Shown here: one piece after another, positions 46,422 to 55,310 of the stretch
Numbering within the stretch: the stretch's first letter is position 1
Layout: every line of letters begins with the position of its first letter
Assembly: GCA_042570405.1 (NCBI GenBank)
Contig: JBHPGR010000003.1
Location: 679 to 64,678 of the forward strand
Direction: 5' to 3'
Origin: Candidatus Omnitrophota bacterium
GTDB taxonomy: Bacteria; Omnitrophota; Gorgyraeia; Gygaellales; Profunditerraquicolaceae
DNA: 64,000 bases
The notes under the pieces: model-generated
The model's database searches: none
Seen by the model: only the letters and a program-made list of their open reading frames with translations
Told to the model about the DNA's origin: nothing
Translations under genes and position numbers: made by a program

Positions 46422-47378
46422 ATGTTTTTATTTAAGTTAAGGATGTGGCTGCTCTTGACAGCGCTCTTTGGCATCATCTATATGGTCATCGTGATCATCG
46501 GTTCTGCCATGGGGGTGGTGAATTTTTATTTTTATATCCTGATGGCATTCGGGTTCATGTTTATCCAGTATATGCTTGGGCCAAAGCTGGTCGAGTGGTC
46601 CATGCGCGTAAAGTATGTCAAGAGAAATGAGTATCCGCGTCTTTACGAGATGGTTGAGGAGATGGCAGGGCGTGCAAATATGCCCGTACCCAGGATCGGG
46701 ATCGCCCAGATCGAGATTCCCAATGCCTTTGCCTTTGGAAGGAGCGTCAGCGACGGCCGGGTCTGCGTTACGCAGGGGTTACTAAAACTTTTGAACGAAG
46801 AGGAGTTAAGGGCCGTACTGGGGCATGAATTAAGTCATCTGAAGAACCGGGATGTCCTGACGATCACTATGCTTTCGGTTATTCCGATGGTGATGTACTG
46901 GATCGCCTGGAACTTTTTATTTTACGGCCGCAGGCGCAGCAGCGGCCAGAATACCGCCTTGATCGGATTAGCTGCGCTGCTTTTCTATTTTATTACTAAC
47001 TTGCTTGTGCTTTATGCCTCACGGATCAGGGAGTATTTTGCTGATCGCGGTTCTCTGCTTTTGGGGAATAAACCATCAGCCATGGCTTCAAGTTTATACA
47101 AATTAGTCTATGGTTCTGCGCGGATGAACAAGGAATCTTTAAAGCGGGTAGAGGGATTCAAGGCCTTCTTTGCAAATGATCCTTCGCGGGCCCAAAAGGA
47201 ACTCACGGCGCTGCGAGCCATTGATTTAGATAATAGCGGTACACTTGACTGCCACGAATTAGAGCAATTAAGTAATAAGAGAGTGCATCTGACTTTTGGT
47301 GATAAATTGTTGGAAGCCTTAAGTACCCACCCGAATATGCTTGCGCGCATCAAACAACTCTCTGAATACCGATCCTAA
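46422..47378 (+). CDS. htpX: M48 family zinc metalloprotease HtpX-like, with a C-terminal EF-hand-like loop
   Basis: HELSHLKNRD zinc motif, 4 TM, and DLDNSGTLDCHE loop at 47223-47258. Confidence 0.85.
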   Translation: MFLFKLRMWLLLTALFGIIYMVIVIIGSAMGVVNFYFYILMAFGFMFIQYMLGPKLVEWSMRVKYVKRNEYPRLYEMVEEMAGRANMPVPRIGIAQIEIPNAFAFGRSVSDGRVCVTQGLLKLLNEEELRAVLGHELSHLKNRDVLTITMLSVIPMVMYWIAWNFLFYGRRRSSGQNTALIGLAALLFYFITNLLVLYASRIREYFADRGSLLLGNKPSAMASSLYKLVYGSARMNKESLKRVEGFKAFFANDPSRAQKELTALRAIDLDNSGTLDCHELEQLSNKRVHLTFGDKLLEALSTHPNMLARIKQLSEYRS

Positions 47379-47472
47379 CAAAAAGAGCGTCCCTTTTTAA
47401 GGAAATTGGAAGCGGTTTCTTATTTTATGTAACTTGTTGGAACATAATGGGTTTTGGCTTAAAAATATAGCC

Positions 47473-47501
47473 TTGACAGTGGGCTAAATATATTGCATAC
47501 T
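47473..47501 (+). promoter_or_regulatory. candidate promoter for the riboswitch-led transcript
   Basis: TTGACA, 17 nt spacer, CATACT. Confidence 0.45.
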
Positions 47502-47509
47502 TCTAATAG

Positions 47510-47612
47510 AGAGTAAGGGTTTACCGAGAAGGGCAAACCCTGGGAAATCAGGGGACGCAAAGCTACGGGTCTAAAGGTGGGTTTTCCTTTGTGATTGCCG
47601 GGCTGCCGAAGA
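47510..47612 (+). promoter_or_regulatory. c-di-GMP-I (GEMM-I) riboswitch aptamer
   Basis: GGGCAAACCCUGGGAAAUCAGGGGACGCAAAGCUACGGGUCUAA..CCGGGCUGCCGA matches the remembered GEMM-I core (GGCAAACC, GAAA tetraloop hairpin, GACGCAAAGC, GG.CUAA, closing CCGG..CCGA). Confidence 0.8.
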
Positions 47613-47626
47613 ACCTATCTAAGATC

Positions 47627-47674
47627 GCCGAGTTGCCGAAGAATCTAAAATGGCTTGCTCGGCTTTTATATTTT
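47627..47674 (+). terminator. riboswitch expression-platform terminator
   Basis: GCCGAG..CTCGGC stem with an inner GCC/GGC extension, followed by TTTTATATTTT. TGCCGAAGAA is duplicated between the aptamer 3' side and the terminator 5' side. Confidence 0.65.
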
Positions 47675-47696
47675 ACAGAGTTTTAAGGAGCGGGAT

Positions 47697-49331
47697 GTGA
47701 AAAAGCTCAAACTAAAGGATCTTAATCTGGATTCAAAGGATATCATCAAGAATATCGGCGCAGGCCTCTGTCTTTTAGACAGAAACTACCAGATCATCTG
47801 GATCAACCAGCACCTGACTGACTGGATGGGCCCGCTTGAAAAGCTGCGCGGCATGCATTGCTATAAGGCATTTGAACGCCGTCCAAAGATCTGCCCGGGG
47901 TGCCCCACGCGCAAGGTATTTAAGGGCGGACAGATCCAGAACGGAAAGTTGAGGATCGCCTATACCAAAGAAGGCCAGAAGCGGTATTTTCAGCTGGTCG
48001 TAAGCCCGGTCAAGGATGGTTCCGGCAGGGTAAAGTATGCCTTAGAGCTTGTTCAGGATATCACCGAGCGCGTGCTGCGTGAGAGGCGCAAGCGCCTGCT
48101 TGGCCGCAGAATAAAGAAGGCGCAGGGGAATTTTTCCGCAGTGAACAGAAGGCTGCGCCGGAACCTGCGCCGGGTAAGGAGCATCGTCAACAGGATCCTG
48201 CAGTCACAGCTCGCCCTTAAAAAAAGATACCGTAAGAGTAAGTCTGAAGCCGTGAATATGAAGAGGGAGCTGCAGGATATCTTGAAGATAAACCGCGCCT
48301 TAAGTTCATCCTTAAGCTCAAAGAAGATAACTTGTATGATCACTAAGTTTACCTGCGAGCTGATGCATACCGATGCCTGTAACCTGAGACTGCTCAATGA
48401 GGATAAGGATATGCTGTTACTGGAGTCAAGTCACGGCCTAAGCGAATCCTACGCCAGGAGGGCGAGAGTGGTCAAGTTATCCGATTCGATAGTAGGAGAA
48501 GCAGTAAAGAACAGGCGGCCGGTGATCTTCGATGATATATATAAGAAGAAGGCGAGGCTGAAGTTTAAGAAGCTGATGAAGGACCAGGGTTTCAGGTCCG
48601 GCCTTTGCGTGCCGGTGGTATTCCAGCGCAGAGTCCTGGGTACGATCTCGGCATATTCCCGCAAGACCCATGTCTTCAGCGATGACGAGGTCGAGATATT
48701 AAGCATCTTTGCTTCGCAGGTCGCGGTAGCGATCCAGGAGTCGCGCCACTACGACGCTATTCATATGAATTATTTTAATACCATCCATACCCTGGCACTT
48801 GCCCTAGAATCCCGGGATCTCTACACTCGCGGCCACACAGAAAGGGTCACCCGTTACGCCCTGCGGATCGGCCGGACCTTACAGATCCCGGAGCTGGACA
48901 TGGAGATTCTGCGTTATGCCGCCCAGGTACACGATATCGGAAAGATCAGTGTGCCTGACTCCATCCTGAACAAGCCGGGGAAGCTCACTCCCGCAGAGAG
49001 GGCGATAATCGAATTGCACCCGGTAAAGGGCGCTGAGGTGATTGAACCACTAACCTTTTTAAAGCCGGCGATACCGATCGTACGCCACCACCATGAAAGA
49101 TACGACGGTACCGGCTACCCCGACGGTTTAAGCAGGGAGAATATCCCGCTATTGTCCAGAATACTTGCCTGTGCCGATGCATTTGATGCGATGACCTCTG
49201 AGCGTCCGTACCGTAAGAAGATGACCATCGAAGAGGCCTTAGATGAGATGAAGCACAATATCGGCTCTCAATTTGACCCAAAGATATCCCGCTTGTTCGT
49301 AAAGAGCATTGAAGCGCAACTCCCCGCATAA
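47697..49331 (+). CDS. PAS-GAF-HD-GYP domain protein (c-di-GMP phosphodiesterase type)
   Basis: HDIGK and HHERYDGTGYPDGL. GTG 47697 lies 6 nt after AAGGAG. ORF-track start 47655 lies inside the terminator. Confidence 0.85.
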   Translation: MKKLKLKDLNLDSKDIIKNIGAGLCLLDRNYQIIWINQHLTDWMGPLEKLRGMHCYKAFERRPKICPGCPTRKVFKGGQIQNGKLRIAYTKEGQKRYFQLVVSPVKDGSGRVKYALELVQDITERVLRERRKRLLGRRIKKAQGNFSAVNRRLRRNLRRVRSIVNRILQSQLALKKRYRKSKSEAVNMKRELQDILKINRALSSSLSSKKITCMITKFTCELMHTDACNLRLLNEDKDMLLLESSHGLSESYARRARVVKLSDSIVGEAVKNRRPVIFDDIYKKKARLKFKKLMKDQGFRSGLCVPVVFQRRVLGTISAYSRKTHVFSDDEVEILSIFASQVAVAIQESRHYDAIHMNYFNTIHTLALALESRDLYTRGHTERVTRYALRIGRTLQIPELDMEILRYAAQVHDIGKISVPDSILNKPGKLTPAERAIIELHPVKGAEVIEPLTFLKPAIPIVRHHHERYDGTGYPDGLSRENIPLLSRILACADAFDAMTSERPYRKKMTIEEALDEMKHNIGSQFDPKISRLFVKSIEAQLPA

Positions 49332-49394
49332 TCCTCTTCTTTTAATCACCTGATTTCTCTCTTCTAACTTGCTTGTCCGGGGCGTGTTTCTCAA

Positions 49395-49423
49395 TTGACA
49401 GTGGCAAGAATCTACTATATAAT
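49395..49423 (+). promoter_or_regulatory. perfect-consensus sigma70 promoter positioned for (near-)leaderless lysS
   Basis: TTGACA, 17 nt spacer, TATAAT, then 9 nt to ATG 49433. No SD. Confidence 0.65.
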
Positions 49424-49432
49424 TAGAGTTCT

Positions 49433-50881
49433 ATGGAATTAAAGGAGATTATAGAGCAGAGGATCGGGAAGCTTAAGTCCCTTAAAGCCAAAGGGTTGTC
49501 AATTTATGGCAACTGCAAGGCCCGGCCTATGGCTATCAGTGAGGCCCTGGGAGATTTCCAGGATGGCAGGCAAGCCAGCTTCTGCGGCCGGATCATCGCC
49601 AAGCGTTCACACGGCAAGGTCACATTCCTTGATCTTAAGGATTCTACCGCCAAGATTCAGTTATATATAAAAGAAGATTCTCTTGGCCAGGAGGGCTTCG
49701 GGATCTTCCAGGATTCCGATATCGCCGATATCGTTGCAGTCAGGGGAGAGCTTTTCAAGACAAGAACAGGAGAACCCTCCCTCAAGACGCAAGATTTTCA
49801 GATCCTCAGTAAGGCGCTGCGTCCGCTCCCTGAAAAATGGCACGGCCTGAAGGATACCGATATACGTTACCGGCAGCGGTATCTGGACATCTTAAGTAAT
49901 GACGAGGTCAAAAAAGTATTCCTACAGCGTTCCCGGATCATCGCCTCGATCAGGGCTTTCCTCGACGAGAAAGGCTTTCTTGAGGTAGAGACGCCGATGA
50001 TGCACTACAATCCGGGCGGCGCAGCCGGCCGGCCGTTTAAGACCAGTCACAATGAATACGGTCTGGACCTGTATTTAAGGATCGCTCCGGAGTTGTATCT
50101 GAAGCGGCTATTAGTCGGCGGGCTAGAGAAGGTCTACGAGATCAACAGAAGCTTTCGTAATGAAGGGGTATCTACGAAGCACAACCCTGAGTTTACGATG
50201 CTAGAGGTATATTCTGCCTATGCGGATTACCGCACGATGATGCAGCTGTGCCAGGAGTTGTTCGCATTCGTCGCCGGAGAAGTTTTGGGCAAGACAAGTT
50301 TTGATTATCAGGGCAGGCATGTAGATCTTGCAGCCCCCTGGAAGGAGCTCTCTTTTGCCGAGACGGTCAAGAAGAAGTTCGGCGTCCTGCCGCAGGATTC
50401 GCCGGAAGAGATGCTCAATAAATTAAAGGAAAAGGGCTTTGCAAAGGATGCCAAGAAGTTGACCCGCTCACAGATCGCCAAGATCATCGAGGATATCCTT
50501 GAGGAGGACTTGACCGTGAATCCTACTTTTGTCACAGATTATTTTACGAATCTCTGCCCGCTTGCAAAGTCCAAGCAAAGTGATCCTGCGGTCTCTGAGA
50601 GGTTTGAGCTTTACGTTGCCGGCTTAGAGATCGCCAATGCCTATTCGGAGTTAAATGACCCCCAGGAGCAGGAGATCAGGTTCCGGGAGGAGATCAAAGA
50701 GGCAGCCTCGCAAGAGAAGAAAGAAGTCGACGATGATTATGTTTTGGCCCTTGAACACGGAATGCCTCCTGCAGGAGGCTTAGGCATCGGGATCGATAGA
50801 TTAGTCATGCTTCTTACGGATCAGCCTTCGATCAGGGATGTGATTTTGTTTCCTCTTCTTAGGCCGAAAGACTCAGAGTAA
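49433..50881 (+). CDS. lysS: lysyl-tRNA synthetase, class II
   Basis: OB-fold N-domain, FLEVETPMM, RIAPELYLKRL, FRNEG and GLGIGIDRL motifs. Confidence 0.95.
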   Translation: MELKEIIEQRIGKLKSLKAKGLSIYGNCKARPMAISEALGDFQDGRQASFCGRIIAKRSHGKVTFLDLKDSTAKIQLYIKEDSLGQEGFGIFQDSDIADIVAVRGELFKTRTGEPSLKTQDFQILSKALRPLPEKWHGLKDTDIRYRQRYLDILSNDEVKKVFLQRSRIIASIRAFLDEKGFLEVETPMMHYNPGGAAGRPFKTSHNEYGLDLYLRIAPELYLKRLLVGGLEKVYEINRSFRNEGVSTKHNPEFTMLEVYSAYADYRTMMQLCQELFAFVAGEVLGKTSFDYQGRHVDLAAPWKELSFAETVKKKFGVLPQDSPEEMLNKLKEKGFAKDAKKLTRSQIAKIIEDILEEDLTVNPTFVTDYFTNLCPLAKSKQSDPAVSERFELYVAGLEIANAYSELNDPQEQEIRFREEIKEAASQEKKEVDDDYVLALEHGMPPAGGLGIGIDRLVMLLTDQPSIRDVILFPLLRPKDSE

Positions 50882-50892
50882 TAGAGGATTTC

Positions 50893-52104
50893 ATGTTCTG
50901 CGAGCTTTGGCTTAGTCAGCGTTATCTTCGCACCGGCAAGAGAGAAAAGATCATCTCTCTGACCGCGTTGATCTCGATGATCGGGATCGCGATCGGGGTA
51001 AGCGTTTTGATCGTGGTGATCTCGGTGATGAGCGGCTTTGATGATTTCCTGCAGGAGAAGATGACCGGAACGAATTCTCATATAGTCCTGGATTTTTATA
51101 ACGCGCAACGGCATCCTTACAGGCTGATCGATGAATTACAGAATCTTTCAGGGGTCGAGGCCGCCTCTCCTTTTATCGACGGGCAGGCATTTATAAAGTC
51201 AGGCCGGCAGGTGATCGGAGCCCAATTACGCGGCATCGATCCTAAGCTACAGCCCCGGATCAGTAAGATCGAAGAGTATCTCGTGGAGGGGGATATAGAT
51301 CTGCGGGGGAATGAAGTTTTGCTTGGCGAGGAGTTAGCCTTCAGGTTAGGGGTAGGATTGAATGAGAGGATCTGGCTTATCTCTCCCGTCACTTTAAAGG
51401 AGACGGGCTTTCTGATCAAGGGCCTTTTTAACAGCGGGATGTATCTTTATGATGCCGGATTGATTATGACTAGCATCCCGGCAGCGCAGGAATTTTACGG
51501 TTTCGGGGATTCAGTCAGCGCCATAGGCATAAAGGTGCAGGATATCTACCGGGCGGAGTCGATGAAGGAAGAGATCTATGCAAGCCTATCCGGCGTCGGG
51601 CCATACCAGATACGCACCTGGATTGATACTAACCGTAATTTTCTGCATGCGCTAAAGCTAGAGAAGACCGTGATGTTCATCGTGGTGACGATGACCACGG
51701 TGGTAGCGGCGTTCGGGATCGTCAGTACCCTGATCATGTCGGTGATGACCAGGATCAAGGATGTGGGGATATTGCGCTCGATCGGGGCAAATACTCGGAG
51801 CATCCTGCAGGTCTTCATCTTTCAAGGGTTGACTATCGGGATCGCCGGGATCATCCTCGGGGTGATCGCAGGTATCTCGCTTGCGCTCTCACTGAACAGG
51901 ATCGTAGATTTTGTCTCCGGGTTGATCGGCAGGAGCCTGATCCCGGCCGATATATATTATTTTGACAGGATCCCAACCAGCATCAATGCGCATGATGTAT
52001 CTTTGATTCTGATTTCGGCGCTGGCGATCAGTTTCCTGGCGAGTATTTACCCGGCATATTATGCCACGCGGATTTTACCAAGTGAGGCGGTAAGGCATGA
52101 GTGA
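50893..52104 (+). CDS. lolC: lipoprotein-releasing system permease LolC/LolE family
   Basis: WLSQRYLR..K.......I...GIAIGV and a C-terminal FtsX domain. Confidence 0.9.
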   Translation: MFCELWLSQRYLRTGKREKIISLTALISMIGIAIGVSVLIVVISVMSGFDDFLQEKMTGTNSHIVLDFYNAQRHPYRLIDELQNLSGVEAASPFIDGQAFIKSGRQVIGAQLRGIDPKLQPRISKIEEYLVEGDIDLRGNEVLLGEELAFRLGVGLNERIWLISPVTLKETGFLIKGLFNSGMYLYDAGLIMTSIPAAQEFYGFGDSVSAIGIKVQDIYRAESMKEEIYASLSGVGPYQIRTWIDTNRNFLHALKLEKTVMFIVVTMTTVVAAFGIVSTLIMSVMTRIKDVGILRSIGANTRSILQVFIFQGLTIGIAGIILGVIAGISLALSLNRIVDFVSGLIGRSLIPADIYYFDRIPTSINAHDVSLILISALAISFLASIYPAYYATRILPSEAVRHE

Positions 52105-52789
52105 AGATAAATTCCGCGTCCGCTCTTTAAAGAAGAGTTACGCAGGCCATGCAGAGAAGCTTGAGGTACTCAAAGGCATCGATTTAAGCGTCAGCACGGG
52201 CGAATTTCTCGCTATTCAGGGTCCCTCGGGCGCCGGGAAATCTACGCTTCTGCATATCCTGGGCGGGCTAGACCGCCCTGACAGCGGCGAGGTCTTATTG
52301 GAAGGGCAGGATATTTTCGCCTTAAGTGAGGGCGCGCGTACGCAATTTAGAAGCAGTAAGATCGGTTTTATATTTCAGTTTTATCATCTTCTTCCCGAGT
52401 TGAATGTTTTGGAGAACGTAGCTTTGCCGGGAGTTTTGCGCTCCTGGCGCGACAGGAAAAAGGTAAGAAGCGCAGCAGGCGCGATTTTGGATACCCTGGG
52501 TTTATCCGGACGCATAGATCATCTGCCAAATCAATTATCCGGAGGCGAGCAGCAGCGCGCAGCCATTGCAAGGGCCTTGATAAATAAACCGCAGCTCTTG
52601 CTCTGCGATGAGCCCACGGGAAATCTAGATTCGCAAAACGGCAGGAAGATCATTGATCTCCTGCAGCGGGTAAATAAGAAAGAGAAGATGACCATGGTGA
52701 TGGTGACCCACGACCGGGATATCGCCCAAGCTGCTGACAGGGTGATACACCTGAAGGACGGCAGCATATTTAATCAATTCGCACAATAG
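52097..52789 (+). CDS. lolD: lipoprotein-releasing ABC ATPase LolD
   Basis: GPSGAGKST, LSGGEQQR and LLLCDEPTGNLD. Confidence 0.9.
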   Translation: MSEDKFRVRSLKKSYAGHAEKLEVLKGIDLSVSTGEFLAIQGPSGAGKSTLLHILGGLDRPDSGEVLLEGQDIFALSEGARTQFRSSKIGFIFQFYHLLPELNVLENVALPGVLRSWRDRKKVRSAAGAILDTLGLSGRIDHLPNQLSGGEQQRAAIARALINKPQLLLCDEPTGNLDSQNGRKIIDLLQRVNKKEKMTMVMVTHDRDIAQAADRVIHLKDGSIFNQFAQ

Positions 52790-52828
52790 CTTACTCACAC
52801 TTACGTGTTCGTAAGTTATGTGCTCATT
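52771..52828 (+). repeat. family C motif, copy C3 (overlaps the lolD 3' end, upstream of ilvE)
   Basis: TAATCAATTCGCA..TAGCTTACTCAC..TCGTAAGTTATGTGCTCATT. The last 20 nt are identical to C1. Confidence 0.8.
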
Positions 52829-52845
52829 GAAGGAGGGGTAAGAAG

Positions 52846-53715
52846 ATGAAGGTCTATATCAATGGAAAGTTTTACCAGAAGAAGGATGCAAAGATCTCGG
52901 TCTTTGACCATGGCCTTTTATACGGAGACGGAGCTTTCGAAGGGATCCGCTCCTACAACCGGCTGGTCTTTAAATTAAAGGAGCATATCGACAGGCTCTT
53001 TGAGACCGCACACACCCTGATCCTCGATATTCCTCTAAGTAAGAACGAACTGATCAAAGCGGTGATCAAGACCCTTAAAGTAAATAAGCTAAAAGATGCC
53101 TACATCCGCCTGGTGGTGACAAGGGGAGAAGGTGATCTTGGTCTTGATCCGCGCAAATGCAAGGGGCATGCGAGCGTTATCATCATTGCCGATAAGATCG
53201 CTCTTTATCCGGCGCAGCTTTACAGGAAGGGCCTTGAGATTATCACCGTGCCTACGGTGAGGAATCTGCCTGAGGCGCTGAACCCGCAGCTGAAGTCCTT
53301 AAATTATCTTAACAATATCCTGGCAAAGATCGAAGCGATAAACGCCGGCTTTGATGAAGCGATCATGCTCGATACTTTAGGCTATGTAGCGGAGTGCACG
53401 GGAGACAATATCTTTATCGTCAGAAAGGACCACATCTACACTCCTCCTCAGTGCATGGGCACCTTACGTGGCATCACCCGCGATGCGGTCCTTGATATCG
53501 CAAGAAAGATGAAGAATCCCGTGCATGAGCACGTGATCACCCGTCATGAGGTCTACATCTCGGATGAGTGTTTTCTCACCGGTACGGCAGCAGAGATCAT
53601 CCCGGTGGTCAAGGTCGACGGACGCCTGATCGGCTCCGGCAAGCCGGGGAAGCTTACCCTAAGCCTGATGAAGAAGTTTAAGGAATTGACTAAGAAAGAC
53701 GGGATAAAGTATTAA
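52846..53715 (+). CDS. ilvE: branched-chain amino acid aminotransferase (class IV)
   Basis: HGLLYGDG.FEGIR.Y, YIRLVVTRG and LNYLNN..AK motifs. Confidence 0.85.
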   Translation: MKVYINGKFYQKKDAKISVFDHGLLYGDGAFEGIRSYNRLVFKLKEHIDRLFETAHTLILDIPLSKNELIKAVIKTLKVNKLKDAYIRLVVTRGEGDLGLDPRKCKGHASVIIIADKIALYPAQLYRKGLEIITVPTVRNLPEALNPQLKSLNYLNNILAKIEAINAGFDEAIMLDTLGYVAECTGDNIFIVRKDHIYTPPQCMGTLRGITRDAVLDIARKMKNPVHEHVITRHEVYISDECFLTGTAAEIIPVVKVDGRLIGSGKPGKLTLSLMKKFKELTKKDGIKY

Positions 53716-53729
53716 GGGGGCGAAATATA

Positions 53730-54245
53730 ATGGTTTGTGATATCTGCACCAAGAATCCGGCGACTGTTCACCTTACCGAGATCGTCGACGATCAGATGAC
53801 GGAGTTGCATCTTTGTGAGGAGTGCGCCCGCCAAAAGAGCACGCAGATGGAGCAGCAGTTCGGCCTGAGCGATCTCCTGGCCGGACTTGCCGAGTTTGAA
53901 CAGGCGCCGCTGCAGAAGAAGGCGGTCGCTGCGCTTAAATGTCCGGGGTGCGGACTCACTTACGCGGATTTTAAGAAGCTGGGCCGGCTTGGTTGCGGCC
54001 AGTGTTACGGTACCTTTAAGCAGTATCTGGCTCCCTTATTAAAGAAGATCCATGGCTCAAGCCTTCATCTCGGAAAATCCCCCGTCAGGCTCGCTAAACC
54101 ATCAAAGAAGAAGCCGGGCCTTACTGAGTTGCGTTCGCAACTGCAGAAGGCGGTTGATACGGAGGCCTTTGAAGAGGCAGCGAGGATCCGCGATAAGATC
54201 AAAGGCTTAGATAAGAAAAGATCAAATCCAAAGGATTCAAAATGA
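53730..54245 (+). CDS. mcsA: McsA-like protein arginine kinase activator (zinc fingers + UVR domain)
   Basis: C.IC...PATVH.T......LHLCE.CA, a second C..C...C..CY finger, and the UVR helix FEEAA.IRD.I. Confidence 0.85.
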   Translation: MVCDICTKNPATVHLTEIVDDQMTELHLCEECARQKSTQMEQQFGLSDLLAGLAEFEQAPLQKKAVAALKCPGCGLTYADFKKLGRLGCGQCYGTFKQYLAPLLKKIHGSSLHLGKSPVRLAKPSKKKPGLTELRSQLQKAVDTEAFEEAARIRDKIKGLDKKRSNPKDSK

Positions 54246-55294
54246 AGATAGACGACCTGATCAACCACGGCAGTGAATGGCTTAAAGGCACGGGCCCTAA
54301 TTCGGATATCGTGATCTCCAGCCGAATCCGTCTAGCCAGGAATCTTGATAATACTTCTTTCCCGCACTGGGCGGATAATAAGCATGGTGAGGAGACATTG
54401 AATATCATCATCGATGCGATCGGCAAGGTCGATTACCTTAAGGGGGCAGCGGTATTTAAATTAGGAGAGCTAGATGCCGTAGATAAGCAGTTTTTGATCG
54501 AGCGGCATCTGATGTCTTACGAACACGCCCAGAGAAAGAACAGTAAGGCGGTCCTGATCGATGAAGAAGAGATCGTGGCGGTGATGATCAATGAAGAGGA
54601 CCATATCAGGATGCAGGTGATGCAGTCCGGATTTAACCTCTTTGAGGCCTGGAACATTATCAATCGGATCGATGATACGCTCTCCCGCCAACTCAACTAT
54701 GCCTTCTCTGGCGAATGGGGGTATCTAACTGCCTGTCCGACTAATACCGGCACCGGTATGCGCGGATCGGTGATGCTGCACCTGCCGGCATTGGTGATGA
54801 CGCGGCAGATTAACCGGGTGCTGGCTGCGATCGCAAAGCTCAGTTTTACCACCCGCGGCCTTTACGGAGAAGGAACCCAGGCCAGCGGCAACTTCTTTCA
54901 GATCTCAAACCAGGTCTCGCTGGGAAGAAGCGAAGGCGAGATCATCGATAACATAAACGGCCTGATCCGCCAGATCATCGAGCAGGAGGGCCAGGCCCGG
55001 GAGGCTATGCTCTCCCGCAACAGGGCTCTATTAGAGGATCGCATCAACCGCAGCTTCGGGATCCTTAAGAACGCCCGCATCATCACTAGCCAGGAGACGA
55101 TAGAGCTTTTATCTATGGTCCGTCTGGGCAGTGACTTGGGGCTGATCAAGAATATCGACCGGCGCACGGTCAATGAATTGTTTATTACCACGCAGCCTGC
55201 GCACCTGCAGAAGACAGAGAAGAAGAAGCTTTCCTCATCTGAAAGGGATGTCAACCGGGCGGAGTTGATCAGGAGAAAACTTAATCTAGCATAA
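54242..55294 (+). CDS. mcsB: protein arginine kinase McsB (ATP:guanido phosphotransferase)
   Basis: SSRIRLARNL, NEEDHIRMQ, CPTN.GTGMR.S.MLHLP. Confidence 0.9.
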   Translation: MKIDDLINHGSEWLKGTGPNSDIVISSRIRLARNLDNTSFPHWADNKHGEETLNIIIDAIGKVDYLKGAAVFKLGELDAVDKQFLIERHLMSYEHAQRKNSKAVLIDEEEIVAVMINEEDHIRMQVMQSGFNLFEAWNIINRIDDTLSRQLNYAFSGEWGYLTACPTNTGTGMRGSVMLHLPALVMTRQINRVLAAIAKLSFTTRGLYGEGTQASGNFFQISNQVSLGRSEGEIIDNINGLIRQIIEQEGQAREAMLSRNRALLEDRINRSFGILKNARIITSQETIELLSMVRLGSDLGLIKNIDRRTVNELFITTQPAHLQKTEKKKLSSSERDVNRAELIRRKLNLA

Positions 55295-55310
55295 ATTACA
55301 GGAGGAAAAG

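Noticed and set aside
52790-53730. CtsR operator (tandem GGTCAAA heptads) upstream of ilvE/mcsA
   Set aside because: No tandem heptad was seen. Isolated GGTCAAA strings elsewhere in the window are inside coding regions.
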